Source: Prorocentrum cordatum (taxonomy: Eukaryota). Taken from it: a stretch of 64,000 nt of DNA. The DNA lies in contig CAUYUJ010000233.1 in assembly GCA_963575745.1 (NCBI GenBank), forward strand, positions 1-64,000, read 5' to 3'. Both the position numbers and the translations under genes were made by a program. Shown here in pieces: positions 41,707 to 54,165 of this stretch. The notes beneath the pieces are model-generated. The model saw nothing but the letters and a program-made list of their open reading frames with translations. It was not told the origin of the DNA and did no database searches. Each line of letters opens with the position of its first letter. Position 1 is the first letter of the stretch.

Positions 41707-41779
41707 CCAGCTCCCGCGCGGGTTCAAGGGTCTGCCTCTGGCGATAGCCAAACGGCGGGCCCTTCGCTCGGGCGCAGCA

Positions 41780-42499
41780 ATGGCGACGGGAGGGTGTGGA
41801 GTTGCACGCCCAATTCGCCGCAGCCCCGAGGACCGCAAGGCAGGGAAGCTGTGGGCTAGGCAGTATGCCGATCGGGCGATCATCAAGCTCTCCGACGAGC
41901 TCAGGCGGGTGCAGGCGGACTTCGAGGCGATCATCGGTGGCCTCACCACCATCTTCGGGTGCGCGGAGCTGGCCGATCGCATCGTCGCGCTGGCGCTGGC
42001 CTTGGGGGAGAAGCTAGCAGGGCGCGTGCCGTCTGCGGCGCTAGCTGTGAGAAGGAACGTTGCCCTGCATTCCGACGCTCGCGGTGTACGAGTGTCGACT
42101 GCGCCGATCGAGCAGTTGCGGCGCCTGCAGAAATATGGGGCCAGGCTGGAGGCCCGTGCGGAGGCAGAGAGCTTCGCGTTCAACGCGGACGCTGCGGAGT
42201 TCTTCCCTTGTGGCCCGCTCGGCTCGTGTTGGGAATTTTTGCCGCTGCCTGGTGTGCTTGGCTATTCGGAGTCGGGGTTGATCGAGGCCGTCGAGGGCAC
42301 CTCCTCGGCTTGCGCTGGCGACGGCGGCGAGGAGCATGTTGTCGGCCCTGCTTGCGACGTGCCGTCTAAGGAGATCACCCCCGAGTTTTTTCGCAGCTGG
42401 TTGCAAGTCGTCTTCTACTTCGGCGCCGTCACTGGGCCTCTGTCCTGTCGAAGGGCTGCGCCAGGGAGGTGGGGTTCCAGTTCGTGCTTTTCTTCCTAG
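41780..42499 (+). CDS. Hypothetical 239-aa protein in the retrocopy, with a PAM2-like motif (FNADAAEFFP); may continue by frameshift into 42336-42782
   Basis: First ATG, 73 nt after the SL. Complex, non-repetitive translation with a helical N-terminus (IIKLSDELRRVQADFEAII). Confidence 0.6.
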   Translation: MATGGCGVARPIRRSPEDRKAGKLWARQYADRAIIKLSDELRRVQADFEAIIGGLTTIFGCAELADRIVALALALGEKLAGRVPSAALAVRRNVALHSDARGVRVSTAPIEQLRRLQKYGARLEARAEAESFAFNADAAEFFPCGPLGSCWEFLPLPGVLGYSESGLIEAVEGTSSACAGDGGEEHVVGPACDVPSKEITPEFFRSWLQVVFYFGAVTGPLSCRRAAPGRWGSSSCFSS

Positions 42500-43230
42500 G
42501 GAGCCGCTTCGTGCTGATAGACTTCCAGATCTGCCGGCTGGCCCAGGACCTGCGGCGGAGGGGGGCTGTTGCAGCACCTTGGACGAGCTCCTGGAGGCAG
42601 AGGTGCTGAAGTATGAGGCGCTGGAGGCCGCGCGTGCTTCGCCTAGGGCCCTGGGGGCCCAGCGGGAGGCCGTGGCGAGGGCCTTTGCAGCGCTGAACCT
42701 ACCCGATGCCGATTCTGGTCGTCCGCTGTGTGTGCCTTCCGGGCTTCCTCCAGATCCAGGCGAAGGACGGCTTTTCCGATGACTATATAAAGTATGCTTG
42801 GCTTTCACGCTGAATTCTTCATCTTGTGTCTGGTACTGTTCACCGCATCACGCAGTGTCTTTTTCTGCGAATCGGGTGCTTCCTGGTATTGTATGTGGCC
42901 GAGGGCTTCCTGGTATTGTATGTGGCTCCCGCTCGTGGGCTTGCGCTGGACGGCGCTGGGCATGGGGTGTGGTCAATTCGTCATCGAAGGTCAACGCATC
43001 CGAGGTGGCCTCGCCTTCATCAAGGCGCAGCTGTACGTCCCTCTCGTGCCACTGCTCTACTTCGTCTGGGTGCTCGTGATGGTCGTCCTCGGCTCGTTCG
43101 ACCTCCCATGTCGAGATACAGAGGTGGAGCGTTGAGTCCAAAAATCATCCGACGACGATGACGACGACGATCTGATTTGTTCAGTCTGGGCTTTTGTCCT
43201 CGACGTCGGCCTCCACGGCCTGTTAGTGGG

Positions 43231-43400
43231 CATCGATGAACCGATCCCGATCCCCATGGGCGTGGTCTGGGCCCCACTGGCCGATTTGCCCTCCTGAGTG
43301 GGGGTATCGGCTGTTCCCTTCGGGTTTCGAGGGGTGTATCCCCAACTGGGGTGCTGGGAGGGGGAAGCTCGGGATGGGGATAGGGATCGGTTGGACGATG
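43231..43400. mobile_element. MITE (aaccgatccc TIR); related copy at 6937-7102
   Basis: Inverted ends and shared core ctggccgattt...gtatccccaactgggg in both copies. Confidence 0.65.
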
Positions 43401-43504
43401 CTGAGTTATGGGGCCCTGGGGCCATCGGAAACGGATCTGGAGCGAAAAACGAATTACCCCCAGGCAAGGGGCTCGGGAGTTATGAAGCCACAGATAACAA
43501 TATT

Positions 43505-44050
<546 letters not shown>

Positions 44051-44314
44051 TCAAAAAAACAACCAAACAAAAAAAGAAGCACTGTGACAAAATCACGACT
44101 GGATGCGTTTGGTCTAGGCCTCCCAGGGCCCTCATCCGCCCTGGGGGCCCTCAACAAAAAAAGCAGGGACGAGAAACTGGATCAGGGGCAGGGGGAGGTA
44201 GAGATCCCAGGGGAGCCGCACCGTAAGAGTGAGTCACGGCGTAGGGTGTCTGGGGACGGACGCCAGCGGAGGTCTGGAAGCCAGCGACCCAAATCTCCGA
44301 CGATATGTCAGACG

Positions 44315-44480
44315 AAGCCAGGACGAGGATGAAATCGGGAGAGGATACATCGAGAATCTCTGAGATCCAGCGACTCTGGAGGACGTCTCGGGCACCGCGG
44401 CCTTCTCAGAGGAGCGCTCCGCAACGCTCCGAGAGTGTCCCCGATCGCTCCAGAACGGACTTGTCCTCGCCCTGGCCCAG
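44315..44480 (+). repeat. Dispersed repeat family; also at ~22040-22200 and ~38950-39095
   Basis: agccaggacgaggat.aaatcggg...aatctctgagat...ctggagga.gtctcgggc.ccgcggccttctcag shared by all three. Confidence 0.75.
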
Positions 44481-44880
44481 TCCAAATGTGACGTGTTCAG
44501 TCCCGACGTTTTTGAAGGGGCCCTGGGACACACACATAAATACACACACATAAACTGATTCCCCATATTTTCCTGTAGTTTCTGGATTTCTGTCTTCCCC
44601 CCCACTTCCCACATTTTCCTATATTTTCTGGGGAATCGAGGATTAATTGTGTTTGTGTGTTTTTTCTCCTCCTGAAATGTTCCTTGATTGCAGCCTTCTG
44701 GGGCTGGCCGTCGGTCCCTGGGGCCATCCGAGAGGGATCGGGGACGAGAAGCTGCCTGCAGGGGAGCAGGGGCCAGGAGAGCCCTGGGGCCGCGGGCTCG
44801 ACAGCCAAAAAAACAGCAGCAGAGCACCCCAACAGAGGTGAAGAGTGGGTCGAGGAGGTCGGCCATGGGGATTGGGTTAA

Positions 44881-45034
44881 GTCGGGCGTGTCCCTGTACA
44901 GAAGGAATATTTAGAAATAGTTTAAAAAATGGTCAGGTGACGATCTCTTATATGTTTTAAATATTTGGGGGTCTCTTTTTTGAGTAGTTTTCATGTTTCA
45001 ATCAAAATCCGCCTGTATGGGGGACACGCCCGAC
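44881..45034. mobile_element. MITE family 1 copy
   Basis: gtcgggcgtgtccctgtacag ... ctgtatgggggacacgcccgac. Confidence 0.75.
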
Positions 45035-45125
45035 CTAAGGTAGGGGTGAGAGCACGGCCACGTGCACCTTAAGTGGATTTTTTGCACAGGACCGCAGCCG
45101 TCTGGACCAAGTGTAGCCAGCATTA

Positions 45126-45322
45126 CTCGGGAGCGGCCAAGAGGGGGGTGTCCAAGAGGGGGGGGTGCAAATCATGACCGGCGGCATGTGCGCGGCCCAG
45201 CGGGGGGGCCAGGGACGTAATGAAATAAGAAGAGGCGCCATGAAATCTGGGGAAATATCATGGCCCACGCCATGAGATCCACCCCCCCCTAGTCATCACC
45301 CCCCTCTTTGCCGCCCCCGAAG
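45126..45322. mobile_element. TA-flanked MITE; related copy at ~19135-19328
   Basis: tcgggagcggccaagagggggg ... cccccctctttgccgcccccga; shared core gcaaatcatg...gcgccatgaaatctg. Confidence 0.65.
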
Positions 45323-45491
45323 TACGGCGAGAGCACGATGTCTTAAGAAGGTGAGGAAGTCTCGGGCGAAACGGCTGCCGGAGCGGGTGATCTAGGGCGG
45401 CGGTCCTGGGATCCCCGTGTCCCCTGTGGGACTCTACTGTGAATGTTTCTACGACTGTGGGGATCCTGTAGCGAAACGCTACTAGGGTTTG

Positions 45492-45641
45492 GTCGGGCCT
45501 GTCCCCCTACAGGGGGATTTTGGACGACAAATTAAACATACCCCAAAAATACTCCAAACATGCCCCAAAATAGTCAAAAATGGTCCCCATACTATTTTTT
45601 ACCATTTCGAAATATTCCCCCTGTAGAGGGACAGGCCCGAC
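45492..45641. mobile_element. MITE family 1 copy
   Basis: gtcgggcctgtccccctacagggg ... cccctgtagagggacaggcccgac. Confidence 0.8.
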
Positions 45642-45804
45642 TCAATACTATGGAATCACAACGTCAGATGGATGGCAGCGGAGGTCCAGAAGTCAGCGGG
45701 GCGAAGTCGAGGAGGGGCAGAAAGCCAGCGAGCACGCGGAGCGCCCAGCCAACGACACCGAGAGAGCCAGCGAGCCTGAGGGGCACACGGCGGAGGTCCA
45801 GAAG

Positions 45805-46016
45805 CCTCCTCCTCCTCCTCCTCCTCCTCCTCCTCCTCCTCCTCCTCCTCCTCCTCCTCCTCCTGCTCCTCCTCCTCCTCCTCCTCCTCTTCTCTTCCTT
45901 CCTCTTCCTCCTCCTCCTCCTCCTCCTCCTCCTCCTCCGCCTCCTCCGCCTCCTCCGCCTCCTCCTCCTCCTCCTCCTCCTCCTCCTCCTCCTCCTCCTC
46001 CTCCTCCTCCTCCTCC

Positions 46017-46074
<58 letters not shown>

Positions 46075-46120
46075 CATCCTCATCCTCATCCTCATCCTCA
46101 TCCTCATCCTCATCCTCATC
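45805..46120. repeat. (CCT)n/(CAT)n microsatellite
   Basis: Direct inspection. Confidence 0.93.
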
Positions 46121-46734
46121 CTTTCCGTCCTGCGAACTGTAGCCCGCACGCGTGGAAGACGCTCGCCAGAAGCCAGCGAGCCGAGGCCGAGGCGGGGTGG
46201 AAAGGCAACGAGCACGCAGAGCGTGCAGCCAACGGCGCTTGAGAGAGCTGGCGAGCCAAACGGGCACACCGATGGGTGGTGGCGGGAGTCCAGAGGCTCA
46301 CGAGCCGAGGTCGAGGCAGGGCGGGCTGGCAGCGGAAGGAGCAGCCTGAGAGAGGCGCGGGCCTTCAGAAGAGAGGAGGAGGGGCGACGAAATCTATGCA
46401 TTGTCCACGGCCCCCGGTGAATATGTATGTAGTTCTCGCCACCCCAGAGGAAGGGAGGGATTGGACGGCGCAGGCCATACACCGGACCAGCTCGATGTGC
46501 GCTTCCGCGCGTGCTTGCACGCGCGACGGCGTGAGCCCCGCAGGAGGAGGAGACGGAGGAGGAACGGCTTTCTGACGCCACGGGAAATCCTGGCAGCGTG
46601 CCGAAGAAGAGGAGGATGAGGAAGAGGAGAGGGGAATGCGGAGGAATCCGCCGACCCCAGAGGAGTGTGAGGGAAAGCCCATGTTCGAGCGGATCCTCCT
46701 GAGTCTCCTCCAACACGCCTGCCATCCCCAGCCT

Positions 46735-47130
46735 CCACCCTGCAAAATCCGCCCCGGGACCCCCCTCCACCACGCCACCACCACGCCTGACATCCTCAGT
46801 CTCCTGGAGCCCTTGTGCTTTGATTCTTACGGACCCCATCCACCCTTCGTTTCTTAGGGACCCCCCACCCTGCAAAATCCGCCCCGGGATTCCCCTCCAC
46901 CACGCCTCCACCACGCCTGACATCCTCAGTCTCCTGGAGCCCTTGCGCTTCGATTCTTACGGACCCCCCACCCTACGATTCTTACGGACCCCCCACCCTG
47001 CAAAATCCGCCCCGGGACCCCCCTCCACCACGCCTCCACCACGCCTGACATCCTCAGTCTCCTGGAGCCCTTGTGCTTCGATTCTTGAGGACCCCCCACC
47101 CTGCACAATCCGCCCCGGGACACACCAGAA
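46735..47130 (+). repeat. ~129-bp tandem repeat, 3+ copies
   Basis: ccaccctgcaaaatccgccccggga...cctgacatcctcagtctcctggagcccttg. Confidence 0.85.
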
Positions 47131-47144
47131 GACCCTGTTTTCGT

Positions 47145-50100
47145 CCCACCACACAACAATTTCTGGCCCGAATCACACTGATACCCCTCACCGCGCCCCT
47201 ACCACGCCCTGGCATCCTCACCCATTGAAAGCTAAGTTTTTGAGCCCCCCCACACGACAATTCATGGCCAGACTCCCACCGATACTCTCGCCGCGCCCCC
47301 ACCACGCCCCAGCATCCTCACACGCAAGGAGCTCATTTTTCCGTCCTCCCACGCGACAATTTTTGGCCCGAATCCCACCGATATCCCCCGCCGCGCCCCC
47401 ACCGCGCCCCAGCAGTCTCACCCACCGAAAGAAAGCTCAGTCCGTGGTCCCCCCACAAGCCAATTTCTGGCCCGCACCCCACCGATTCCCTTCACCGCGC
47501 CCCAACCACGCCCCGGCATCCTCACCCACCGAAAGCTCAGTTTTGGAACCCCCCGGCACGAAAATTTCTAACCCGAACCCCACCGATACCCCCGCAGCGC
47601 CCCCACCACGCCCGGGCACCCCCACCCTCCGAGAGTTCAATCTCGCGCCCCTCACACAACAATTCTTGGCCCGACCCCCACCGACACTTCCCGGAGCGCC
47701 CCCACCACGCCCCGCCATTTTCAGCCCCCGAAAGCTCAATTTTCAGGCCCGCCCCACACACAAAAATGTTCGGCACGCCTCCATATGTCACCCCCCACCG
47801 CACCCACAGTACGCCCCGGCACCCTCGCCCCCCGAGAACTCAGTCCCACCACCGCGCCCCCACTACGCCCCGGCATCCTCGCCCCCCGAAAACTCAGTTT
47901 TTCGGCCCTCCCACACGACAACTTCTGGCCCGAATCCCACCGATACACCCCACTGCGCCCCCACCACGCCCCGGCATCCTCACCCATGGAAAGTTCAGTT
48001 TTTGGGCCTCTCCACGCGACAATTCCTGACCCGAATCCCACTGATACTTCCCGCCGCGCCCCCACCACGCCGCAGCATCCTACCGCGCCCCCACCACGCC
48101 CCGGCATCCTCACACATTGAATGTTCGGTTATTGGCCCCCCCACGCGACATTTCCTGGCCCGCATCCCACCGGCACCCCCCGCCGCGCCCCCACCACGCC
48201 CCGTGGCATCCTCACCCATGGAAAGCTCAGTTCTTGGGCTCCCCTGCACGAGAACTCCTAACCCGAACCCCACCGATACTCCTCCCACCGCGCCCCCACC
48301 ACGCCCCGGCATCCTCACCCATTGGAAGCTCAATTCTTGGGCCCCACCACACGACAGTTTCTGGCCCGACTCCCACCGATACCCCCGCCGCGCCCCCACC
48401 ACGCCCCGGCATCCTCACCCATGGAAACCTCAGTGCCTGGGCCCTCCCACACGACAACTTCTGGTCCCCCACCGCGCGCCCACCACGCCCCGGCATCCTC
48501 ACCCATTGGAAGCTCAGTTTTTGGGCCCCCCACACGACAATCTCTGGCACCAATCCTACCGACACCCCCCGCCGCGCGCCCACCACGCCCCAGCCTCCTC
48601 ACCCATTGAAAGCTCCGTTTTTTTGGCCGTCTCACTCAACAACTCCAGGCCCGAATCCCACCGATATTCCCCACCGCGTCCCCACCACGCCCCGGCATCC
48701 CCACGCATTTAAAGCTCAGTTTTGGGGCCCCCCACACGACAATTTCTAACCCGAACCCCACCGATACCCCCCACCGCGCCCCCACCACGCCCCGGCATCC
48801 CCACCCATTCGAAAGTCAGTTCGCGGGCCCCCCAACACGACAACTTCTGCTCAAAATCCCACCAATACCCCACGCCGCGCCCCCACCACGGCCCGGCACC
48901 CCCACCAATTGAAAGCTCAGATTTTGGGCCCCCCACACGACACCCCGACACCCCCGCCGCACCCCCACCACGCCCCCGCATCCTCACACATTCAAAGCTC
49001 AGTTCTTGGGGCCCCCCACACGACAATGTCTGGCCCGACCCCCACCGACACCCCCCGCCGCGCCCCCACCACGCCCCGGCATCCTCACCCGTTGAAAGCT
49101 CAATTTTTGGGCCCCCCCACACGACAATTTCTGGCCCGAACCCCACCGATACCCCCCGCAGCGCCCCCACCACGCCCCGGCACCCCCACCCATTGAAAGC
49201 TCAATTGTTCGGCCCCCACAGGACAATTTCTACCCCGAATCCCACCGACACCCCCCGCCGCGCCCCCACCACGCCCGAGCATCCCCACCCATTGCAAGCT
49301 CACTTTTTGAGCTTCCACACGACAATTTCTGGCCCGACCCCCACCGACACCCCCCCCCCGCGCCCCCACCACGTCCCGGCACCCCCACCCATTGAAAGCT
49401 CAACTTTTGAACCCCCCCAACACGACAAATTCTCGCCCGACCCCCACCGATACCTCCCCCACCGCGCCCCCACCACTCCCCGGCACCCTCGCCCGCCGAA
49501 AGTTCAGTCTCCCGGTTTTCCCACGCGACAACTTCTGGCCCGCGCCCCACCGATTCCGTTCGCCGCGCCCCCACCACGCCCCGGCATCCTCACCCACCGA
49601 ATGTTCAATGTTGGAGCCCCCCCACACGACAATTTCTAACCCGAATCCCACGGATTCCCCCCACGGCGCCCCCACCACGCCCCAGCACCCCCACCAATTG
49701 GAAGCTCAATTTTTTGAGCCCCCCCACACGACAATTTCTGACCCAAATCCAATCGATGCGCCCAGCCGCGCCCCCACCACGCCACGGCCTCCTCACCAAT
49801 CCCACCAGCCCTTTGGGCGTGAGTGGTTTAGCGAGCTCTCTCTGTTCTCAACCCCCCTTCTTCCCCTTCGGGGAGGGGTTTACCCCTCCCCCTACCCCCT
49901 CCCCCTGGACCTGGAGAGGGGGTTTCGCGGGTCGTTGGAGGTGTCTTTTTCGACTCCTGGGAGGGCTAAAATTCGACACCACTCACGAGGATTCTGGCCC
50001 CGACGGGGGGGAGGAGAAAAGTGTTCGCCCCATCTGTGATCGATCGCCCGAAAGATGGCCCCAAGATACCTCCCAGACCCCTCCCAAAGAGCCCCAAGAG

Positions 50101-51585
50101 GCCCCAAGAGGCCTCCAAGAGGCCCCCAAGATGCCCCCAAGAGGCCCCCAAGAGGCCCCAAGAGGCTCCCCCGAGGCACCCAAGACGCTCCTGGAAGCCC
50201 CTGGGGCCGCCAAGAGGCCCCCAAGACGCCCCAAACGGCCTCCAAGAGGCTCCCAAGAGGCCCGAAGAGGCTCCCCCAAGGCACCCAAGACGCTCCTAGA
50301 AGCCCCTGGGGCCGCCAAGAGGCCCCCAAGACGCCCCAAAAGGCCTCCAAGAGGCTCCGGGCCCGAACGACTCACACCAGGACGAGGCGCCCGAACGACT
50401 CACACCACGAGGAGCCCGAACGACTCACACCACGACGAGGGCCCCGAACGACTCACACCACGAGGAGCCCGAACGAGTCACACCAGGAGGAGGGGCCCGA
50501 ACGACTCACACCAGGACGAGGGGCCCGAACAACTCACACCACGAGAAGCCCGAACGACTCACACCAGGACGAAGAGCCCGAACGACTCACACCACGAAGA
50601 GCCCGAACGACTCACACCAGGAAGAAGGGCCCGAACGACTCACACCAGGACGAGAAACCCCAAACGACTCAAACCACGAGGAGCGCTTTCTCTCCCTCCT
50701 CCTCCGCCTCGTCCTTCTCCCGCTCCCACCACAAGGAGGATGTACAAGGAGGCGGGAGGAAGGAGGAACAGGGGAGATATGCGGGGGCAGGCGGAAACAC
50801 GCCTGAAAAACACGACTGTCGGCATGCTCTGCAAGAGTTGCTGTTTTGAGATGGGCTGGTGGGGATACGCGAAGCGTGAAGAATTGAAAGCTCAATTCTT
50901 AAAGCCCCCCACACGACAATTTCTGGCCCGACTCCCACCGACGGCGCCCCCCGGCGCGCCCCCACCACGCCCAGGCATCCGCACCCATGGACAGCTCAAA
51001 TTCTGGGCCCTCCCCCACACGACAATTTCTGGCCCGAATCCCACCGATACACCCCACTGTGCCCCCACCACGCCCTGGCATCCCCACCCATTGAAAATTC
51101 AGTTTTTGGCCATTCTCACACGCCACCCTCTGGCCCGACCCCCACCAGTACCCACCGCCGCGCCCCCGCCACGCCCTGGCATCCTCACACATTGAAAGCT
51201 CAGTTTGTGCGCCACCCCACACAACAATTTCTGCCCGAATCCCACCGATACCCCCCGCCGCACCCCCACCACGCCCCGGCGTCCTCACCCATGGGAAGCT
51301 CAGTTTTCGGGCCCCCCCCACACTCCAATTTCTGGCCCGACCCCCACCGACACCCCCCGCCGCGCCCCCACCACACCCCGGCGCCCTCACCCCACGGGAG
51401 CTGTGCTTTTCGGCCCCCCCGCACGATAATTCCTGGCCCGACCCCGACCGACCCCCCACCGCGCCCCCGCCACGCCCTGGCACCCCCACCCACCGAAAGC
51501 TCAGTTTTCGGGCCCCCACGCGACAATTTCTACCCCGAATCCCACCGAAACCCCTCGCCGCGCTCCCACCACGCCCGGGCCACCC
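47145..51585 (+). repeat. ~100-bp C-rich satellite, interrupted at 49801-50884
   Basis: Unit cgcgcccccaccacgccccggcatcctcacccattgaaagctcagtttttgggccccccacacgacaatttctggcccgaaccccaccgataccccccgc. Confidence 0.92.
49801..50884 (+). mobile_element. Non-autonomous Helitron2/Helentron-like element inserted in the 100-bp satellite
   Basis: 5' cccaccagccc (49801-49811) with its subterminal inverse gggctggtggg (50853-50863). 3' hairpin acgc-gaa-gcgt (50867-50877). Flanks rejoin to the satellite sequence caccaat|tgaaagc. Confidence 0.75.
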
Positions 51586-51699
51586 TCACTGTCCTCGTTC
51601 TCCTCCTCCGCTGCGCTGCATAGGCCGCGCACCCGCATCGGCGCCCCAGCGAGCACACATTGTAGGCTGGCAGATCTCCACCCTTACCCCACCCGACGC

Positions 51700-53237
51700 G
51701 CCACAGGTACGTCGACTTATGTTTTTTCGTCGCCGACGCCCAACTCCTTTCGGCGACCTCATTTCTTTTGCGCCCCTCACGCACGAAGCACTTGTTGCAC
51801 CTTTGATTCCCATCCGACTTCCTCGTTGTTCGCTCGGCCAACCAGCGGCTGAACTCCACCTCCGGCAAGACGGCCTTGCAGGCTACGCCTTTCCAACATC
51901 CGCGCTGCACCTTCGCCCCCGCGACGCAACGCTTGCACTTGCGGTCGCGCGCAGCCACGCTGGCCCACATGCGGCCCGAAAACGAATCACCACACAACGC
52001 ACACCTTCGGGTGTCCAGCTGCAGCGTCGACGCAACGCTTGCACTTGCGGTCGCGGTTAGCCGCGTCGCCCCACTTGCGGCCCGAAAAGAACCCGCGCCG
52101 CTGAGACGCCCCACACACAACGCAGTCTTTCAAATTCTTCATCGCCGCAGCACCCCGCTCTGCAGCTGCCGCGTCGACGCACTGGGAGCACGTAATCGAC
52201 GATTTGGAGGCGCGGCTCAAAATGCAAGCGGGAAACTATGCCTAAGTACCTTTTGGACTCGCCACACTTTGAGCATACCACCCATTTGTCTTCCTCGGCG
52301 CGATGCAACTCCTCCTCTCTCCCCAATTTCTTACACATCCTGCACTTGCGCTCGTCGCCGTTCCTCTCCGCCTTGGCAAACTCGTCCGCCAACTTCTCCT
52401 GGCCGCAACGGGGGCCCTTCATGTGTTTCTTCAGCTCTTCGCACTCCGCGCACATCCCTCCTCTGCACCGGCTGTTCCCTGCCAGTTCCCACTGATACGC
52501 CGCGAACGGCTCCTCGTACTTTCGAACATCGCACACGCGGCGTTTCCGTCTCTCGGGGCAGTTCATGCAGCGCCGCGAACTCAGCTTCGACGAGCGGTGC
52601 TGGGACGCGTGGAAGGCATCCTGGCCCTTCCACAGACCGCACTCCATGCACTGCCACGGAGTGCCTACACTCTTCTTGCCTTCCAGGCACAAGCTACACA
52701 CGCAGAGACCGTCGTCGCGACTCCACTGCCCAAGAGCACACTGGTTCTTGTACTTCACTGATGAGCTCAGCGAACACCTCCCCGAAGGCATGAACTCCAC
52801 CTCGATTGCATCCCAGTCCAACTTCTCTCCTCGCGACAATTGCAACAGTAGCGCGGGGCCCTTCCGTCCCCCCTGAGAGTAGGGCGCTCGGTCAAAGGGC
52901 CGAAAGATCAGCATATCCTCCCGCCGTCGAGCGCGCGTCAGTGCCACGTCACTGGGCAACGGAACGGCGACGTGTCCCCCCCAATTCTCAGGTCGACGAT
53001 TACTCATTGCTTAAATGTCTGGCCTTGTGCTGAGTGGGCCGTCACCCCAAAGGCTGGCGCCAAGGGGAACTGTCGCCGTTGCACTTTCAAATGCGGATAC
53101 GGGCGCCCCTTGTCCGCAACACTGCCAGCTCTTCTGAAGTCGGCGGCAGAAGCGGCAGCCTTCACAATAATAAAAAGAGAGGAGTGCCAAGGTGTTTGGA
53201 CAGTGTGTTCATGAGAGAAGCCAATATCCGTCCACAA
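51700..53237 (-). pseudogene. PIF1: C-terminal fragment of a Pif1-family (Helitron RepHel-like) helicase followed by repeated CxxC...CxxC zinc-binding modules
   Basis: VQRRQFPLAPAFGVTAHSAQGQT (Pif1 motif V), then *VIVDL and a frameshifted VALTRAR (motif VI). Downstream CMECGLWK...F...Q...RRCMNC-type repeats. Confidence 0.8.
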
Positions 53238-53581
53238 ACGGGCGCTCTACCAGAAAGGTCCCGTCGGCCCGAGCAACCCACGGAATGCCCCTTGGTCAAA
53301 CTCCAGCGGGAGGCCCGAGTGCGGCGCCCAGTGGCAGCTGGCCGTGTGCAGCAGTGAGACTGAAAGCAAGAGCGACAACGCCTGTGCCAACGTGAATACA
53401 TGAATGAGCACGGGTGGGCAGGAGCGAATGGCAAAAAAAAGGAAGAAGCGAGAGGAGGCGTTGAGGCGAAGGCGTGTCTCTGATAGTAAGCAACCCATAC
53501 CAAGAATGTGGGAAAGGAACGGCTCTGCGCAAGAGCACAGGTGAGGCACTGGGAGGGGCCAACATGTATTCACCGCGTCAC

Positions 53582-53694
53582 TTGGTCGACCACGGAGCTT
53601 GGCGTGAAGATGGCCCAGCTTCCCAAGATGCTGGAGGCCACAATGTCGAAAACCAAACTCGGCACACCCCTCGGCAGACCAACCGACGGGCTCC
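53582..53694 (-). CDS. Candidate host-gene exon (SPSVGLPRGVPSLVFDIVASSILGSWAIFTPSSVVDQ)
   Basis: AAG|G acceptor and CAA|GTGACG donor; unique sequence. Confidence 0.3.
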
Positions 53695-54040
53695 CTTGAT
53701 CAGGCTTCGCAGGCACAGTAGCTGCTGCTAGACGTGAGACCCGCCCAACCCTCGCGCGACTTCTGCTGGTGGTGCACGGGGCCTCTCCACCTCGACACGC
53801 CCAGGACCGCGCTGCCGCCGCGCCGGGCCCCGCGGGAGGAAGCGCCAAAACGAGCCACCGCAGGCCCAGCACCGCGCTCGCGCGGCGCGGGGGGCGCGCC
53901 AGCCCTCGCGCGCTCGCAGGCGCCACCACATCGGCCCAGCGCCCCTGCGACAGACGCGAGGGGCCCCCGACGCCATGATCCTGTTCGTGACGTCGACCCC
54001 CAGAGGTCTCGACCTTCTCTTGGCGGCGCGCACGAGGGGC

Positions 54041-54165
54041 AGGGGGAGGGGGAAGGCTTCCTTGAAGGAGGCCGCTTCTTAGAAGGCGCTGGCCCTGGAT
54101 CTACAGAGAAGGCCCGCGCCTTCTCAGAAGCAGCGTGCTTCTAAGAAGCCTTCCCCCCTCCCCCT
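54041..54165. repeat. Dispersed element with clustered cttctNagaag palindromes; related copy at ~10590-10710
   Basis: Shared cttcttagaag...atctac...gaga.ggcccgc.ccttct.agaagcag..gtgcttctaagaag. Confidence 0.55.

Larger units (their letters stand above)
41683..43144 (+). mobile_element. Retroposed trans-spliced mRNA (processed retrocopy or non-autonomous retroposon)
   Basis: Begins with the SL and ends in AAAAA (43140-43144). Flanked by a 13-bp direct repeat tcatccgacgacg (41670-41682 and 43145-43157). Intronless. Confidence 0.85.

Noticed and set aside
41685..41760. SL RNA gene
   Set aside because: The SL is not followed by a GT donor and SL intron, but by a UTR and ORF; it is a relict SL of a retroposed mRNA.
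46820..48712. 630-aa proline-rich ORF and similar long ORFs (59702-61636, 19635-21788, 34052-35677, 37434-38901)
   Set aside because: They are translations of satellites or microsatellites, open in several frames at once.
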